From an uncultured delta proteobacterium (GTDB taxonomy: Bacteria > Myxococcota_A > Polyangia > Polyangiales > Polyangiaceae), in contig CAWDXG010000004.1 of NCBI GenBank assembly GCA_963806225.1, positions 512,001 through 576,000 of the forward strand: a stretch of 64,000 nucleotides of DNA, read 5' to 3'. The notes under the pieces were generated by a model. The model saw only the letters and a program-made list of their open reading frames with translations, did no database searches and was not told where the DNA came from. Shown one piece after another: positions 1-13,004 of this stretch (position 1 is the stretch's first letter; each line of letters starts with the position of its first letter). Made by a program: the position numbers and the translations under genes.

Positions 1-167
1 CTGGAAAGCCGCACAACAGATCGAGGACGATAGACCCGGAGCACAGCCGCCGACAACGCAGGACCCGGTCGGTGGACCGGAATTTTTCCAACCGGCGGGC
101 TGCGGCTCCCGATAAGCTCGCCTGGACCCGCGCAGCCCAGCGCGCGGCACGGACAAGGAGACGGGAA

Positions 168-905
168 GTGGCCTCGAAAAAGCCCCCGCGCAACGCGCCG
201 CCGGCACGCACCCTGGCGATCGACATCGGCGGCACCGGCATCAAGATGATCGTGCTCGACCCCGAGGGGCACCCGGTGAACGAACGCGCGCGCGAGCTCA
301 CGCCGCACCCGGCAGCGCCCAAGGACGTGCTCAAGGTGATCCGCAAGATGGTGCCGGCCCAGCCCGCCTTCGATCGCGTCTCGGTGGGTTTCCCGGGCGT
401 GGTCGTGCGCGGTGTGGTGCGCACGGCGCCCAATCTCGACACGAAGCTCTGGTCGGGCCACGACCTGCAGACGGAGATCCACTCGGTCACGAACAAGCCG
501 GTGCGCGTGATCAACGACGCCGATCTGCAGGGCTATGGCGTCATCCGCGGACAGGGCGTAGAGCTGGTGCTGACGCTGGGCACGGGGCTCGGGGCAGCGT
601 TGTTCGTCGACGGGCACCTGGTGCCGAACCTCGAGCTCGGCCATCACCCGTTCCGCAAGGGCGAAACCTACGAGGAGCGCGTCAGCAACGCCGAGCGCAA
701 GCGCATCGGCAACAAGCGCTGGGCCAGGCGCGTGCACCGCGTGCTCGAACAGCTCGAACCGATCTTCAACTACGACGACCTGTACATCGGCGGCGGCAAC
801 GCGCGGAAGCTCGACCACGACCTGCCGAAGAACGTGCACGTGTTCGAGAACGTGGAAGGGCTCGCGGGCGGCATCCGGCTGTGGGCGGATCGTCGCGTGA
901 GCTAG
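168..905 (+). CDS. ppgK: Polyphosphate glucokinase-like ROK family kinase
   Basis: Motifs IDIGGTGIK, VGFPGVV, INDADLQG, LTLGTGLG, NLELGH and YIGGGN. GTG at 168 follows an AAGGAG RBS (ORF track starts at 72). Confidence 0.8.
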   Translation: MASKKPPRNAPPARTLAIDIGGTGIKMIVLDPEGHPVNERARELTPHPAAPKDVLKVIRKMVPAQPAFDRVSVGFPGVVVRGVVRTAPNLDTKLWSGHDLQTEIHSVTNKPVRVINDADLQGYGVIRGQGVELVLTLGTGLGAALFVDGHLVPNLELGHHPFRKGETYEERVSNAERKRIGNKRWARRVHRVLEQLEPIFNYDDLYIGGGNARKLDHDLPKNVHVFENVEGLAGGIRLWADRRVS

Positions 906-920
906 CGCCCACAAAACGCC

Positions 921-955
921 GACGCCCCCTCGCACGCTCGGTGCAAGAGGGCGTC
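921..955. terminator. Probable bidirectional hairpin between convergent ppgK and lon
   Basis: GACGCCCCCTCGCAC-gctcg-GTGCAAGAGGGCGTC imperfect inverted repeat between two stop codons. Confidence 0.55.
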
Positions 956-971
956 GTGGCTTGCGGACGGC

Positions 972-3423
<2,452 letters not shown>

Positions 3424-3666
3424 GGGGTCTCACCTTGATGGGGGCCTGGCCCGGATGCTGGCTGGGGGTTGGTCGGTCGCGACCGGAAAAACCCAGCCCT
3501 CCGGCTTTTGCGACGTCCGGGCACGCTGGTCAAGCTAACCACATCCGGTCGGCGCGCCAGGACTGGCACGCTCCTTGCGTTGGAGTTATGTTCCCGGGGC
3601 GTCCAGCTCGGACCGCGCGCGGTCCGCGCATGCGTTCGCGGTTTGCTAGCCGGTTGTGGACTACCG

Positions 3667-4602
3667 ATGCGGACTGTCTTCTTCGGAACACCCGCCATTG
3701 CCGTACCGGCGCTTCGTGCGCTCGCCGAGACGAGCGAGCTCGTGGGGGTGGTGTGCCAGCCCGACCGCCCTGCTGGGCGCGGGCTCGCGCTGCGCGAGCC
3801 CGCCGTGAAGATCGCCGCGCGGGAGCTCGGGCTGGAGGCTCACCAGCCGGTCAAGGTGAAGACCGGCAACCTGCACGAGTGGTTGGCGGAGCGGCGCGCC
3901 GACGTGGCTCTGGTGCTGGCGTACGGGCGCATCCTGCCCCGGGCGGTGCTCGACGCGCCGCGCCGCGGCTGCATGAACCTGCACGCATCGCTCTTGCCGC
4001 ACTACCGGGGCGCCGCGCCCATCAACTGGGCGATCGTGCACGGCGAGACGGAGACCGGCATCTCCCTCATGCAGATGGACGAGGGGCTGGACTCGGGGCC
4101 GGTGTACGCCATGCGGCGGCTGGCGATTTCCGCCGCCGAAACCGCCGGAGAGCTCGCGGAGCGACTGGCCGCGCTGGCCGCGCTGGTGGTCCGCGAGGAC
4201 CTGCCGCGCGCGGTTTCCGGCGACCTCGCCGCGGCGGCGCAGGACGAGGCGCAGGCGAGCTGGGCTCCGCTCATCACGCCCGGACACACCCGCGTGGACT
4301 GGGGCAAGAGCGCCAACGAGATCGTGAATCTGGTGCGAGGCATGGCGCCGCGACCCGGAGCCCACACCGGGGTGCGGGGAAAGAAGCTCAGGTTGCACGC
4401 AATCCGCAGCGCGGAGGAAGGCGTGGAGGGCCCCCCTGGCACGGTCCACATCAGCGACCGGCGCGCGATCCTGGTGCAGGCCGGCGTCGGCACCGTGGAG
4501 ATCCTGCGCGCCCAGCTGGAGGGGCGGAAGCCGCTCGATGCCGCTGATCTGGTCAACGGCCGGGCGCTGAAAGACGGCGACCTGCTGGAGACGCCCTCCT
4601 GA
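3667..4602 (+). CDS. fmt: Methionyl-tRNA formyltransferase
   Basis: MRTVFFGTP, CQPDRPAGRG, NLHASLLPHYRGAAPINWAI and MDEGLDSG motifs. Confidence 0.93.
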   Translation: MRTVFFGTPAIAVPALRALAETSELVGVVCQPDRPAGRGLALREPAVKIAARELGLEAHQPVKVKTGNLHEWLAERRADVALVLAYGRILPRAVLDAPRRGCMNLHASLLPHYRGAAPINWAIVHGETETGISLMQMDEGLDSGPVYAMRRLAISAAETAGELAERLAALAALVVREDLPRAVSGDLAAAAQDEAQASWAPLITPGHTRVDWGKSANEIVNLVRGMAPRPGAHTGVRGKKLRLHAIRSAEEGVEGPPGTVHISDRRAILVQAGVGTVEILRAQLEGRKPLDAADLVNGRALKDGDLLETPS

Positions 4603-4726
4603 GCGCCTCGAATCCACTCGAGGGGTGCACTGTAATCGCTTGATACCAAGGCAGTTACCGGGGATCGTCCATGCGGCGAGGGGCACTTTCCCGCGAGTGG
4701 GCCGGGCGGTGCTACGATGACCGGCG

Positions 4727-5332
4727 ATGGAGCAATCCGAGCGCTTCATCGAAGCCATCCGGGAGGAATTTCCGGGCTTCGCAATCGCCGACAAGGGGGA
4801 CAATCGTCTCTCTCGCTGGATCGATCGGACCCTGAAGGTCATCACGCTCGGAGGGCAACGCGAGTACCTCACGCGCTATCACACGGTGATCGGAAATACG
4901 CTCTACGTTCCGGCGAGTTGGAGCGCTGCGTCGGATGTGGAGCGGCTGATCGTGCTCAGGCACGAGCGCGTGCATCTCAGGCAACGGCGGCGCTACGGCC
5001 TGGCGTTGTTCGCACTGCTCTATCTGGTGCCGTTCCTGCCACTGGGGCTCGCCTACGGCCGCGCGCGCCTGGAGTGGGAGGCGTACGCCGAGACGCTCCG
5101 CGCGACCGCCGAGCTCGAAGGGCTCGACGCGGCGCGCGCCGGGGAGCTCCGCCGTCGAATAGTTGGCCGCTTCACCGGCCCGGCCTACGGCTGGATGTGG
5201 CCTTTCAGGCGACAGGTGGAAAAGTGGTACGCAGACGTGCTGGACGGACTGGGCTCCGCGGGGGCCCGGCAGGACACGCCGGGCGACGGGACCAAGCCGC
5301 GCCCGGCTCGAATCTCACAGGGCCGCACATGA
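4727..5332 (+). CDS. Hypothetical protein with HExxH motif and one hydrophobic segment (possible Zn-peptidase fold)
   Basis: LRHERVH motif followed by a hydrophobic stretch and a downstream E-x-EAY. Confidence 0.55.
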   Translation: MEQSERFIEAIREEFPGFAIADKGDNRLSRWIDRTLKVITLGGQREYLTRYHTVIGNTLYVPASWSAASDVERLIVLRHERVHLRQRRRYGLALFALLYLVPFLPLGLAYGRARLEWEAYAETLRATAELEGLDAARAGELRRRIVGRFTGPAYGWMWPFRRQVEKWYADVLDGLGSAGARQDTPGDGTKPRPARISQGRT

Positions 5333-5373
5333 ACGGCGAACGCGACGGATTGCGACCGGAGGCGCTGAGCTAG

Positions 5374-8065
5374 ATGGCGATGGGACCCGTCGTAGGTATC
5401 GACCTCGGCACGACGAACACGGTCGTCGCCCTGGTCAGGGACGGCCAGGCTGCGGCGCTCGCGGACGAGAGCGGCGAGAAGCTGATCCCGTCGGTCGTGT
5501 CGTTCCATCCAAACGGCAACGTGCTGGTCGGGCGCGCGGCACGCGCGCGGCGGCTGAACGATGCCGCCAACACGATCTACTCGGTCAAGCGCCTGATCGG
5601 CCGCAGCTGGGACTCGGAGGAGGTGCGGGTGGCGCGCTCGCGCTTCCCCTTCGAGATGCGCGAGGGACCGGGGCAGGCGGCACTGGTGGTGGCGCGGGGC
5701 GAGACCTACACGCTGCCCGAGATCAGCGCGTTCGTGCTGCGCAAGGCCAAGACCATTGCGGAAAGCGCGCTGGGACAGCAGATCGAGCGCGCCGTTATCA
5801 CAGTGCCGGCCAACTTCAACGACCTGCAGCGCGCAGCCACCAAGGTGGCGGGCCGCGTAGCGGGGCTCGAGGTGCTGCGCATCCTCAACGAGCCGACTGC
5901 GGCAGCGCTGGCCTACGGCTACGGCAAGGGCGGCGCCGAGCGCCTCGCCGTCTACGACTTCGGCGGCGGCACGTTCGACGTGACGCTGCTCGACCTGTCG
6001 GACAACGTGTTCGAGGTGCTGGCCACCGCCGGCAACACCTTCCTGGGCGGCGACGATATCGATCTTGCGATTGCCGAGCAGATGGCGGGCGAGTTCCTCG
6101 CGCAGCACCGATACGACCCGCACACCGATCCGCAGGCGTTCGAGAGGCTGCGCAGCGCGGCCGAGCTGATCAAGGTGCGCCTGTCGAGCCTCGCGGAGAC
6201 CAGCGTGGACCTGCAGGAGGTCGCGCACGGACCCGGCGGCAAGGCGCTGGGGTTGACGTTCTCGATGACGCAGGCGGAGCTCGAGCGGATCGCGCGCCCG
6301 ATCGTCGAGAAGAGCTTCGACGTGTGCCGCGAGGCGCTGGGCATCGCGCGGATGCAACCGGGCGATTTCGACCAGGTGCTGCTGGTCGGCGGTTCGACGC
6401 GCATTCCGATGGTGCGCCAGCGTGTCGAGGCCTTCTTCAAGCGCCCGGCGCTCGGCAACGTCAGCCCCGACGAGGTGGTCGCCATCGGCGCAGCGATCCA
6501 AGCCGGAGCGCTCACGAGCGCGGAGCGGCGTCGCGGCGCGATTCCGGAGCCGCCGCAGCCGGCCTCTCGTGGCTCGCAGCCACCCTCGGCGCGCAAGAGC
6601 CGGCCCCCTCCGATCCCCAGGCGCGGCGGTACGCTGCCGCCCGGGGCCGAGCGTCCAAGCACACCTGGCATGTTCCCCGCGGGCGAGCCGCACACGCAAC
6701 CCTTCGGCCGCGAGCGCATGCCGACCTCGCCCGGACTGCAGCCGGGCTCGGGCGTGAAGCCGCTGCCGGCCACCGGCCAGCCGATGGTCGTGCAACCGCC
6801 GGGCGCGAAGCGTGGCCGGGCAACTCCGGTGAATCCGCGGCGGACGACGGGACCCAGCATGGGAGAACCGCCGGAGACGCTCGCTGGTCTGGGTGCCCGC
6901 GGCCGCGTTCCAACGGGAACCGGGCTCGGTCCGGCAGCCGAGCAGGCCCGAGCCGAGACGGAGGGGGCGAGCTCGACGCTTGCCAGTGCCAAGGAGGCGG
7001 CACGCGAAGCGAGACGCCGCGCCGCGGCCAGCCACGCCGACATCCCGCTGCCCCTGGTAGGCGTGGACGACGCCGAGACGGATGACGTCACCGCGCGCTC
7101 CACGGCCGCGCAGAAGGAGCTCACGCCGGAGGAAGTCGCGGCGAAATACGGCAACTTGCCCCTGATCATGCCCGGCGATGCGCCGGCAGCCACCCCGCGC
7201 ACAACCGAGGAGAGTGTACCCGCGTATTCGCTCGACACAGCGGATCTGGAGGAGGTCACGAGCACGCGCCCTGAGCCCCAGGGCACGCAGCAGATGCAGG
7301 CGTCGCCGGAGCGTCCTCCTCCGCGACGCAGCACCACCTCGTCGACCTTCATCGAGGAAGACGTTCGAGCAACTGCCAATCCCGGGGCTGCCCGGCGAAG
7401 CGCCTCCCGCTGCTCCGCCGCAGCCGCAGTGGGGCGCACCGCAACAACCGGCACAACAGCAATGGGGCGCGCCCGAGCCACCGCCGCAGCAGCAGCAGTG
7501 GGGCGCACCGCAACAACCCGCTCCACCCGCCCAGCAGCAGTGGGGCGCGCAGCAGCAACCGCAGCAGCAGCAGTGGGGCGCTCAGCCTCCCATGGCCCCG
7601 CCGTCGCCCCCGGAGCCGCAGATCCACGAGATGGCCGCGGCGCCGCAGCCGCCGCTGCTGGTGGACGTGACACCGCTCAGCCTGAACGTCGAGACGGTCA
7701 GCGGCTTCTGCGACACCATCATCGAGCGCAACACTCCGGTGCCGGTCGAACGCACGCGGAACTTCGTGACCGCCGCCGATGAACAGACGGTGGTGCGAGT
7801 GCGGGTCGGCCAGGGCGAGTCGTCACACTTCGAGGACAACACGCTGCTCGGCGAAGTCGAGCTCAGCGGGCTGCGCGCCGCACCGCGCGGGCAGGTCTCG
7901 GTCGCCGTGACCTTTGCGCTCGACACGGACGGGATCCTCAACGTCCGCGCTACGGACACCGCGACGGGGCGAGCGACCGAGACGCGGGTCCGGCTGGTGG
8001 GCATGCCGGACGCCAGCCAGATTTCGCAGATGGCCGCACGGCAAGCCGCCCATCCGGCCATGTAG
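5374..8065 (+). CDS. Hsp70/DnaK-family protein with a long Pro/Gln-rich insertion and no lid; apparent frameshift near 7360
   Basis: GIDLGTTN, TVPANF, NEPTAAALAYG, DFGGGTFD and LVGGSTRIP in the first frame. LLVDVTPLSL plus the SBD-beta (VGQGE, FALDTDGILNV) in ORF 7178-8065. Confidence 0.85.
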
Positions 8066-8124
8066 CGCGCCGCCTGCGCCTCGCTCTGGCCTCCCGAGCG
8101 CCCGCGGGGTACGCATCAAGCTGG

Positions 8125-8661
8125 ATGGTCGACCCCGACGACACCGATCGGGTCCAGCGCTGGGCGACAGTGCTGGACGACTCGAGCTACTACGAGATCC
8201 TCGGCGTGCTCGAGATCGCGGACGACCGCGCCATCCGCGAAGCGTTCCACCAGTTCTCGCTCGCCTTCCACCCCGACGTGCACGTGGGCGCGGACGAGGA
8301 GCTGCTCGCGACCGTACGCCGCCTGTTCCAGCAGGGAGCCGAAGCCTATCGCGTGCTCAGCCACCCGGAGCTGCGCGTGCGCTACGACATGGCGCTCGCC
8401 AAGGGCCACCTCCGCCTCGAGGCCCGCGACGTGCCGGTCGGGCCGGCGCTGGACAGGGAAGCCAAGCCCCTGCACGAGCTCTGCCGCTCCGCCGGCGCGA
8501 AGCTCAGCGCGCAGAAGGCGGACAAGCTGATCGGCACCGGCGATCTCGCTGGAGCCAAGCGCGCGCTCGAACAGGCGCTCCAGTTCGACGGCGGCGCCAA
8601 TCCCGCCCTGTCCGAACGGCTCGAGGCGATCGAGGTCGCGCTGTACGCGATGGGCGAGTAA
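8125..8661 (+). CDS. J-domain protein with C-terminal TPR-like helices
   Basis: YYEILGV...FHPD...AEAYRVLS...R..YD. Lies immediately downstream of the Hsp70 gene. Confidence 0.85.
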   Translation: MVDPDDTDRVQRWATVLDDSSYYEILGVLEIADDRAIREAFHQFSLAFHPDVHVGADEELLATVRRLFQQGAEAYRVLSHPELRVRYDMALAKGHLRLEARDVPVGPALDREAKPLHELCRSAGAKLSAQKADKLIGTGDLAGAKRALEQALQFDGGANPALSERLEAIEVALYAMGE

Positions 8662-8692
8662 CGGCCGCCGCCGGTCGCCGACATTTCCGCCG

Positions 8693-9067
8693 ACATAACC
8701 GGGTATGTCCCCGACAATGTCGCCCCGCGACGCCGCGCTGCCCCGCGCGCCGACACCCGCACCCCACATAACCGGGTATGTCCCCGACAATGTCGCCCCG
8801 CGACGCCGCGCTGCCCCGCGCGCCGACACCCGCACCCCACATAACCGGGTATGTCCCCGACAATGTCGCCCCGCGACGCCGCGCTGCCCCGTGCGCCGAC
8901 ACCCGCACCCCACATAACCGGGTATGTCCCCGACAATGTCGCCCCGCGACGCCGCGCTGCCCCGCGCGCCGACACCCGCACCCCACATAACCGGGTATGT
9001 CCCCGACAATGTCGCCCCGCGACGCCGCGCTGCCCCGCGCGCCGACACCCGCACCCCACATAACCGG
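8693..9067. repeat. Tandem repeat, 73-bp unit, 5 full copies plus 10 bp
   Basis: ACATAACCGGGTATGTCCCCGACAATGTCG... recurs at 8693, 8766, 8839, 8912, 8985 and (partial) 9058. One C>T variant in copy 3. Confidence 0.97.
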
Positions 9068-9307
9068 CCACGTGTCGCCCCCGACCATCACACACGACCG
9101 ACGTGATCGCCCACGTCCAACGCAAGTGCGCCAACGCAAGTGCGCCGACGCGAGACGCCGACGCGAGACGCCGCCGCTCCGTCTCCAGGGCCTTGAATGG
9201 CCAGCAGCGTTGTCGCGACGCGGAGAGCCGGCGGTGTCGCGCCGTTTCCATGCGGCGCGAGCGGCTGCCAGGACCCCCACCCTACCCGCTTGGGCGACGG
9301 GCAGCCC

Positions 9308-9955
9308 TTACTTGCCCAGCCCGTCGAGCTCGGCGTTCAGCGAGTCGAGGATGCTCAGCGCCGCTTCCTTGGCCGAGTCGATCTCCGACTCCGGCCCGCT
9401 CATCACCAGGCGACCGGTGGCGCCGAACGGTCGCATCTCGTTCAGCTTGACGCGTGCGGCCTTGAGCGCCTCGTTGGCGGCGATGGTCAGGTAGGCCGCT
9501 GGCGCGACCTCGAGAATCAGCACCGAGTCGTTCGCCAGCACCATGTTGCCCTTGGAGGTGCCGGTGAAATAGATCGCGTGGTCCTGCTCGATGCCGCGGA
9601 TGGTCATGTTGGTCAGCACTTGCAGGCGTGAGCGGTCGGTGGGCTTGAGGCCGGTTTGAGACAGGACGGCCTCGCCAGCCGCGCGCACCTCGCCCTGATC
9701 TTCGTGCTGGATCAGCATCAGACCGTACTGCCGCTCGGTGACCACCGACCCCAACCGGACCTTGGTGCTCTTCAGCGCCAGGTCGATCATGCGGTGGATC
9801 TCCATGGCCGGTGCCAGCTCGAGCATGATGGCGGCGTCGTACTCTTTCGGGTCGTACACCCGATTGTCCTTGGCGATGAACTGTGCCAGCTGGGGCTGGA
9901 GCTGGTCGATGAAGATGTAGGTACGAAGCTCGAAGCCGCTTTTCTTGCTCGACAT
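9308..9955 (-). CDS. BMC-T (tandem-domain, permuted/double-stacking type) shell protein
   Basis: ELRTYIFIDQLQPQLA, ELAPAMEIHRMIDLALK, VTERQYG, ANEALKAA and FGATGRL, typical of CcmP/BMC-T(dp)-like proteins. Confidence 0.88.
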   Translation of the reverse strand: MSSKKSGFELRTYIFIDQLQPQLAQFIAKDNRVYDPKEYDAAIMLELAPAMEIHRMIDLALKSTKVRLGSVVTERQYGLMLIQHEDQGEVRAAGEAVLSQTGLKPTDRSRLQVLTNMTIRGIEQDHAIYFTGTSKGNMVLANDSVLILEVAPAAYLTIAANEALKAARVKLNEMRPFGATGRLVMSGPESEIDSAKEAALSILDSLNAELDGLGK

Positions 9956-9973
9956 TCTCTCTCTCCAGTTTGC

Positions 9974-10255
9974 CTACTGCTGAGCCGTTTCGACCGCATC
10001 GACGATCCCGACGATGACCGAGCGGACCGGACCGAATTCGTCCGTCGAGAGGAGCTGGCGGGCCGAATTGCCTTCGTCTTCCACCAGCACCGTTTCCCCG
10101 ACGCCTGCCCCCACCATGTCCACTGCTATCACGTACTTTTCCCCGTCGAAGCTGCCGTCCGGGAGGGTGTAGCGCACCATGAGCTGTTTGCGCCCCCGGT
10201 AGAAGGGGTGCTGCTGCGTGGCTACGATGGTGCCGACGACGCGCCCGAGAATCAT
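9974..10255 (-). CDS. BMC-P vertex protein (EutN/CcmL family)
   Basis: MILGRVVGTIVAT...AVDMVGAGVGETVLV..G.SAR...IVGIVD. Confidence 0.92.
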   Translation of the reverse strand: MILGRVVGTIVATQQHPFYRGRKQLMVRYTLPDGSFDGEKYVIAVDMVGAGVGETVLVEDEGNSARQLLSTDEFGPVRSVIVGIVDAVETAQQ

Positions 10256-10527
10256 GGCTCCTCGTAGCTATGCTCGTCGACGATCCCCACGATCGCCTTG
10301 TCTACCGGCACGAAGCGCGGCGCGTGCAGGAGCGCCGCTTCGCGCGACGACTCGTAGGTGACTAGACAGCCGGGCCCGGCCTGGTCGGAGGCGTCGGTGG
10401 CCACGAACGGCTCGCCTTCCACTTCCAGCCGGGAGGTCAGGGGGCGCACGATGAGCAACTTGATGCCCTCGAGCCCGTCGCTCTTGGTGTGGCTAACCAG
10501 GGTGCCGATGACGCGCCCGAGCTTCAT
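10252..10527 (-). CDS. BMC-P vertex protein (EutN/CcmL family)
   Basis: MKLGRVIGTLVSHTK...L.G.KLLIV...VDKAIVGIVD at the 3' end of ORF 10252-10911. ATGA-type overlaps with both neighbours. Confidence 0.88.
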   Translation of the reverse strand: MKLGRVIGTLVSHTKSDGLEGIKLLIVRPLTSRLEVEGEPFVATDASDQAGPGCLVTYESSREAALLHAPRFVPVDKAIVGIVDEHSYEEP

Positions 10528-11132
10528 CCGCGCCACTCCGGGAAGAAGTGGGTCGAGCTGCCGAGGGTGGCGAGCACGCTCTCGTCGGCACGCCGGATCA
10601 CCGCCTGCGACCAGCCCTGCGCGTTGCCGCGCTCTGCGCTTCGCTCGGCGAGCTCCAGCGCGGCTTCCACGTCGTGCGTTTCGCCCCACACGCTGGCGAT
10701 GGCCTTGCCGCTGAGGCCGTCGCCCACGCGCAGCTCTACCAGATCGACCAGCGCGCCTTTGAGGGCTGCATCCACCGCGGCCAGCAAGGTGGGCGGCGTG
10801 GCGTTCTGCAATACTCCCAGCGTGTCGCCCGGTGCGGGCCAGCGCCGCACGCCCTGGGAGATGGCCGGAGCGATCCGCTCCTCGGCCCGCGGGAGCAGCA
10901 CGCTGTCGCACAGCGCCGCGCCCGTCGAGGCCCGCGCCCGGTCGAGCGAGCGCTCCACCGGCTCCACCTCGCCTGCGAACAGGATGAAGAAGCGACCGCT
11001 CTGTACGGTTCCGGCGTTCAGAACCTGGACCTCCGCTTCCTTGGCCAGCACGTCCAGCGCAAGGAGACCTTGCGGGACCTCCGCGATGTCGAGCATCGCG
11101 AGGGCGGGGCCGAGCGGGGACGCGCTCACCAT
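10524..11132 (-). CDS. BMC-T shell protein (PduT-like tandem domain)
   Basis: ALAMLD...GLLALDVLAKEAEV...SGRFFILFAGEV, and a second domain LGVLQ...AVDAALKGALV...DGLSGKA. Confidence 0.82.
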   Translation of the reverse strand: MVSASPLGPALAMLDIAEVPQGLLALDVLAKEAEVQVLNAGTVQSGRFFILFAGEVEPVERSLDRARASTGAALCDSVLLPRAEERIAPAISQGVRRWPAPGDTLGVLQNATPPTLLAAVDAALKGALVDLVELRVGDGLSGKAIASVWGETHDVEAALELAERSAERGNAQGWSQAVIRRADESVLATLGSSTHFFPEWRG

Positions 11133-11136
11133 TTTC

Positions 11137-12588
11137 TCACACGATCCTGAAGTGATCGACCACGGTGCAGCGCCGCCAGCGCGAGAACGACACCGGAGTG
11201 GTCAGCCCCTCGCCAGTGGGGGAAGCGATGGTGAAGGACGTCCAGCCCTCGCCTGCGGCGCCGAGCCCGTCGATGCTGCGGCCGTTCTTCACGAAGATGC
11301 TGCAGTTGCACTTCCGCGCCATACGCGAGAGGGCATCCAGATTGTGCGAGTGCATGGTGGCGGTGTGGAAGTTCTTGCCTTCGGCGTCCACGGCCAGGTC
11401 GATCGCCTCCTCCACCGTCTTCACCCGCGTGATGGGGAGCACCGGCATCATCTGCTCGGTCCAGATCAGCGGGTGATCGTTCGGAACTTCCACGAGCACC
11501 GTGCGCACCTCGGGCCCCGCATGGATGCCCAGGCGCTGCAGAATGACCGAGGCGTTCTTGCCCACCAGATCGCGGTCGATGGTGGCGTGCCCGCGCGGAC
11601 CGGCCATCTTCTTGAAGATGGCGTTTTCGAGCCGCGGCAGGTCTTTGGGATCGAGCAGCATCGCGCCGTGGCGGGTCATGGCCTGCTTCAGCGCGTCGGC
11701 AATGCTATCGACGACGATGCATTCCTTCTCGTCCACGCAGATGATGTTGTTGTCGTGGGAGTGACCGAGCACGACCTTGCGTGCCGCCTTGTCGAGGTCG
11801 GCCGTGGCATCGACCACCGCCGGTGGATTGCCCGGACCGGCGCAGATGGCGCGCTTGCCCGAGCCCATTGCCGCCTTCACCACCGCGCCGCCGCCGGTGA
11901 CCACCAGGAGCCGCACCAGCGGGTGCTTCATCAGCTGGCCAGCGCTCTCGATGGTGGGCTCGGCGATGCAGGTGAGCACGTCGGGCGGGCCGCCGGCCGC
12001 CACGATGGTGCGGTTCAAGAGCTGGATGGTGTGCATCGACACGCGCTTGGCGGACGGATGCACGTTGAACAGCACGGTGTTGCCCGCCGAGATCATCGCG
12101 ATCGCGTTGTTGATGATCGTGGACGTCGGGTTGGTGACGGGAGTGATCGCGCCGATCACGCCGAAGGGCGCCGGCTCCATCAGCATCAGGCCGTGGTCAC
12201 CTGAGCGCGCGAGCGGCTCGAGCATTTCCGGCCCGGGCGTCTTGTCGGTGACCAGTGCGTTCTTGGTGATCTTGTCTTCGTAACGACCGAGCCCGGTTTC
12301 CTCGTGGGCGAACTTCGACAGCGCGTTGACCTCGCGCCGGCACACCTCGCGCATCGCCGCGATGATGGCGTAGCGCTGGCTGAGGGGGACGTCGCAATAG
12401 GCGAGGAAGGCACGGCGCGACGCCTGTGCAGCCTCGTCGATGGTGGAATAGACGCCGTCGCCCAGGGCGCCGCCGCCAGCGGGAGCGGGCGCCGCCGCCG
12501 GTGGCGCGCTGTGGTTTTCGAGGATCTCCGTGGCCAGCGCCTCGGCGATGCGCCGGATGGCTCTGGGATCAACTCTGGCTTGGCTCAT
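11137..12588 (-). CDS. CoA-acylating aldehyde dehydrogenase (EutE/PduP family) with N-terminal encapsulation-peptide-like extension
   Basis: PFGVIGAITPVTNP, VTGGGAVV, AGPGNPP, DNNIICVDEK, EQMMPVLP and TIASPTGEG motifs. Confidence 0.92.
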   Translation of the reverse strand: MSQARVDPRAIRRIAEALATEILENHSAPPAAAPAPAGGGALGDGVYSTIDEAAQASRRAFLAYCDVPLSQRYAIIAAMREVCRREVNALSKFAHEETGLGRYEDKITKNALVTDKTPGPEMLEPLARSGDHGLMLMEPAPFGVIGAITPVTNPTSTIINNAIAMISAGNTVLFNVHPSAKRVSMHTIQLLNRTIVAAGGPPDVLTCIAEPTIESAGQLMKHPLVRLLVVTGGGAVVKAAMGSGKRAICAGPGNPPAVVDATADLDKAARKVVLGHSHDNNIICVDEKECIVVDSIADALKQAMTRHGAMLLDPKDLPRLENAIFKKMAGPRGHATIDRDLVGKNASVILQRLGIHAGPEVRTVLVEVPNDHPLIWTEQMMPVLPITRVKTVEEAIDLAVDAEGKNFHTATMHSHNLDALSRMARKCNCSIFVKNGRSIDGLGAAGEGWTSFTIASPTGEGLTTPVSFSRWRRCTVVDHFRIV

Positions 12589-12596
12589 GCCTCACC

Positions 12597-12917
12597 TCAG
12601 ACCTCGACCTCGTAGCCGTGCTCGGGGCTGTACTTCTCGTACAGCTGGCGCCCGTCGACCGTCCACTGATCGACGATGGCCATGATCACGGCATCGCAGG
12701 GGCGGTTCCTGGTCATCTCGGTTTGTCGGGCGGAGGAGCCCGACGCGAACAGCACGTACTCGTCCACTCCGGCACCGACGGCGTCGACCGCAACGACATA
12801 GCCGCCATCCTCCATCGTTTCCGGATTGGTCTGCCTGAGCAGCAGGAACTTGAACCCCTCGATGTTGGGGTCCTTGCGGTTGGAAACGACCGTTCCGATG
12901 ACTTTCGCGAGCTGCAT
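12597..12917 (-). CDS. BMC-P vertex protein (EutN/CcmL family)
   Basis: MQLAKVIGTVVSNRK...VAVDAVGAGVDE.VL..SGSSAR...DAVIMAIVD. Confidence 0.93.
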   Translation of the reverse strand: MQLAKVIGTVVSNRKDPNIEGFKFLLLRQTNPETMEDGGYVVAVDAVGAGVDEYVLFASGSSARQTEMTRNRPCDAVIMAIVDQWTVDGRQLYEKYSPEHGYEVEV

Positions 12918-13004
12918 GCTCGTCCTTCCTCGCCGGTGAAGACGCGTTCACGGCGGCGAAGCGGCGCCCGCCCGGGCGCCGCCCGCCGGAACGCTGGGGA
13001 GGGC

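Noticed and set aside
8116..9494. Repetitive ORFs over the 73-bp repeat, and the idea that it is a second CRISPR array
   Set aside because: The unit is not a multiple of 3 and cycles through frames. There are no unique spacers and no similarity to the I-G repeat.
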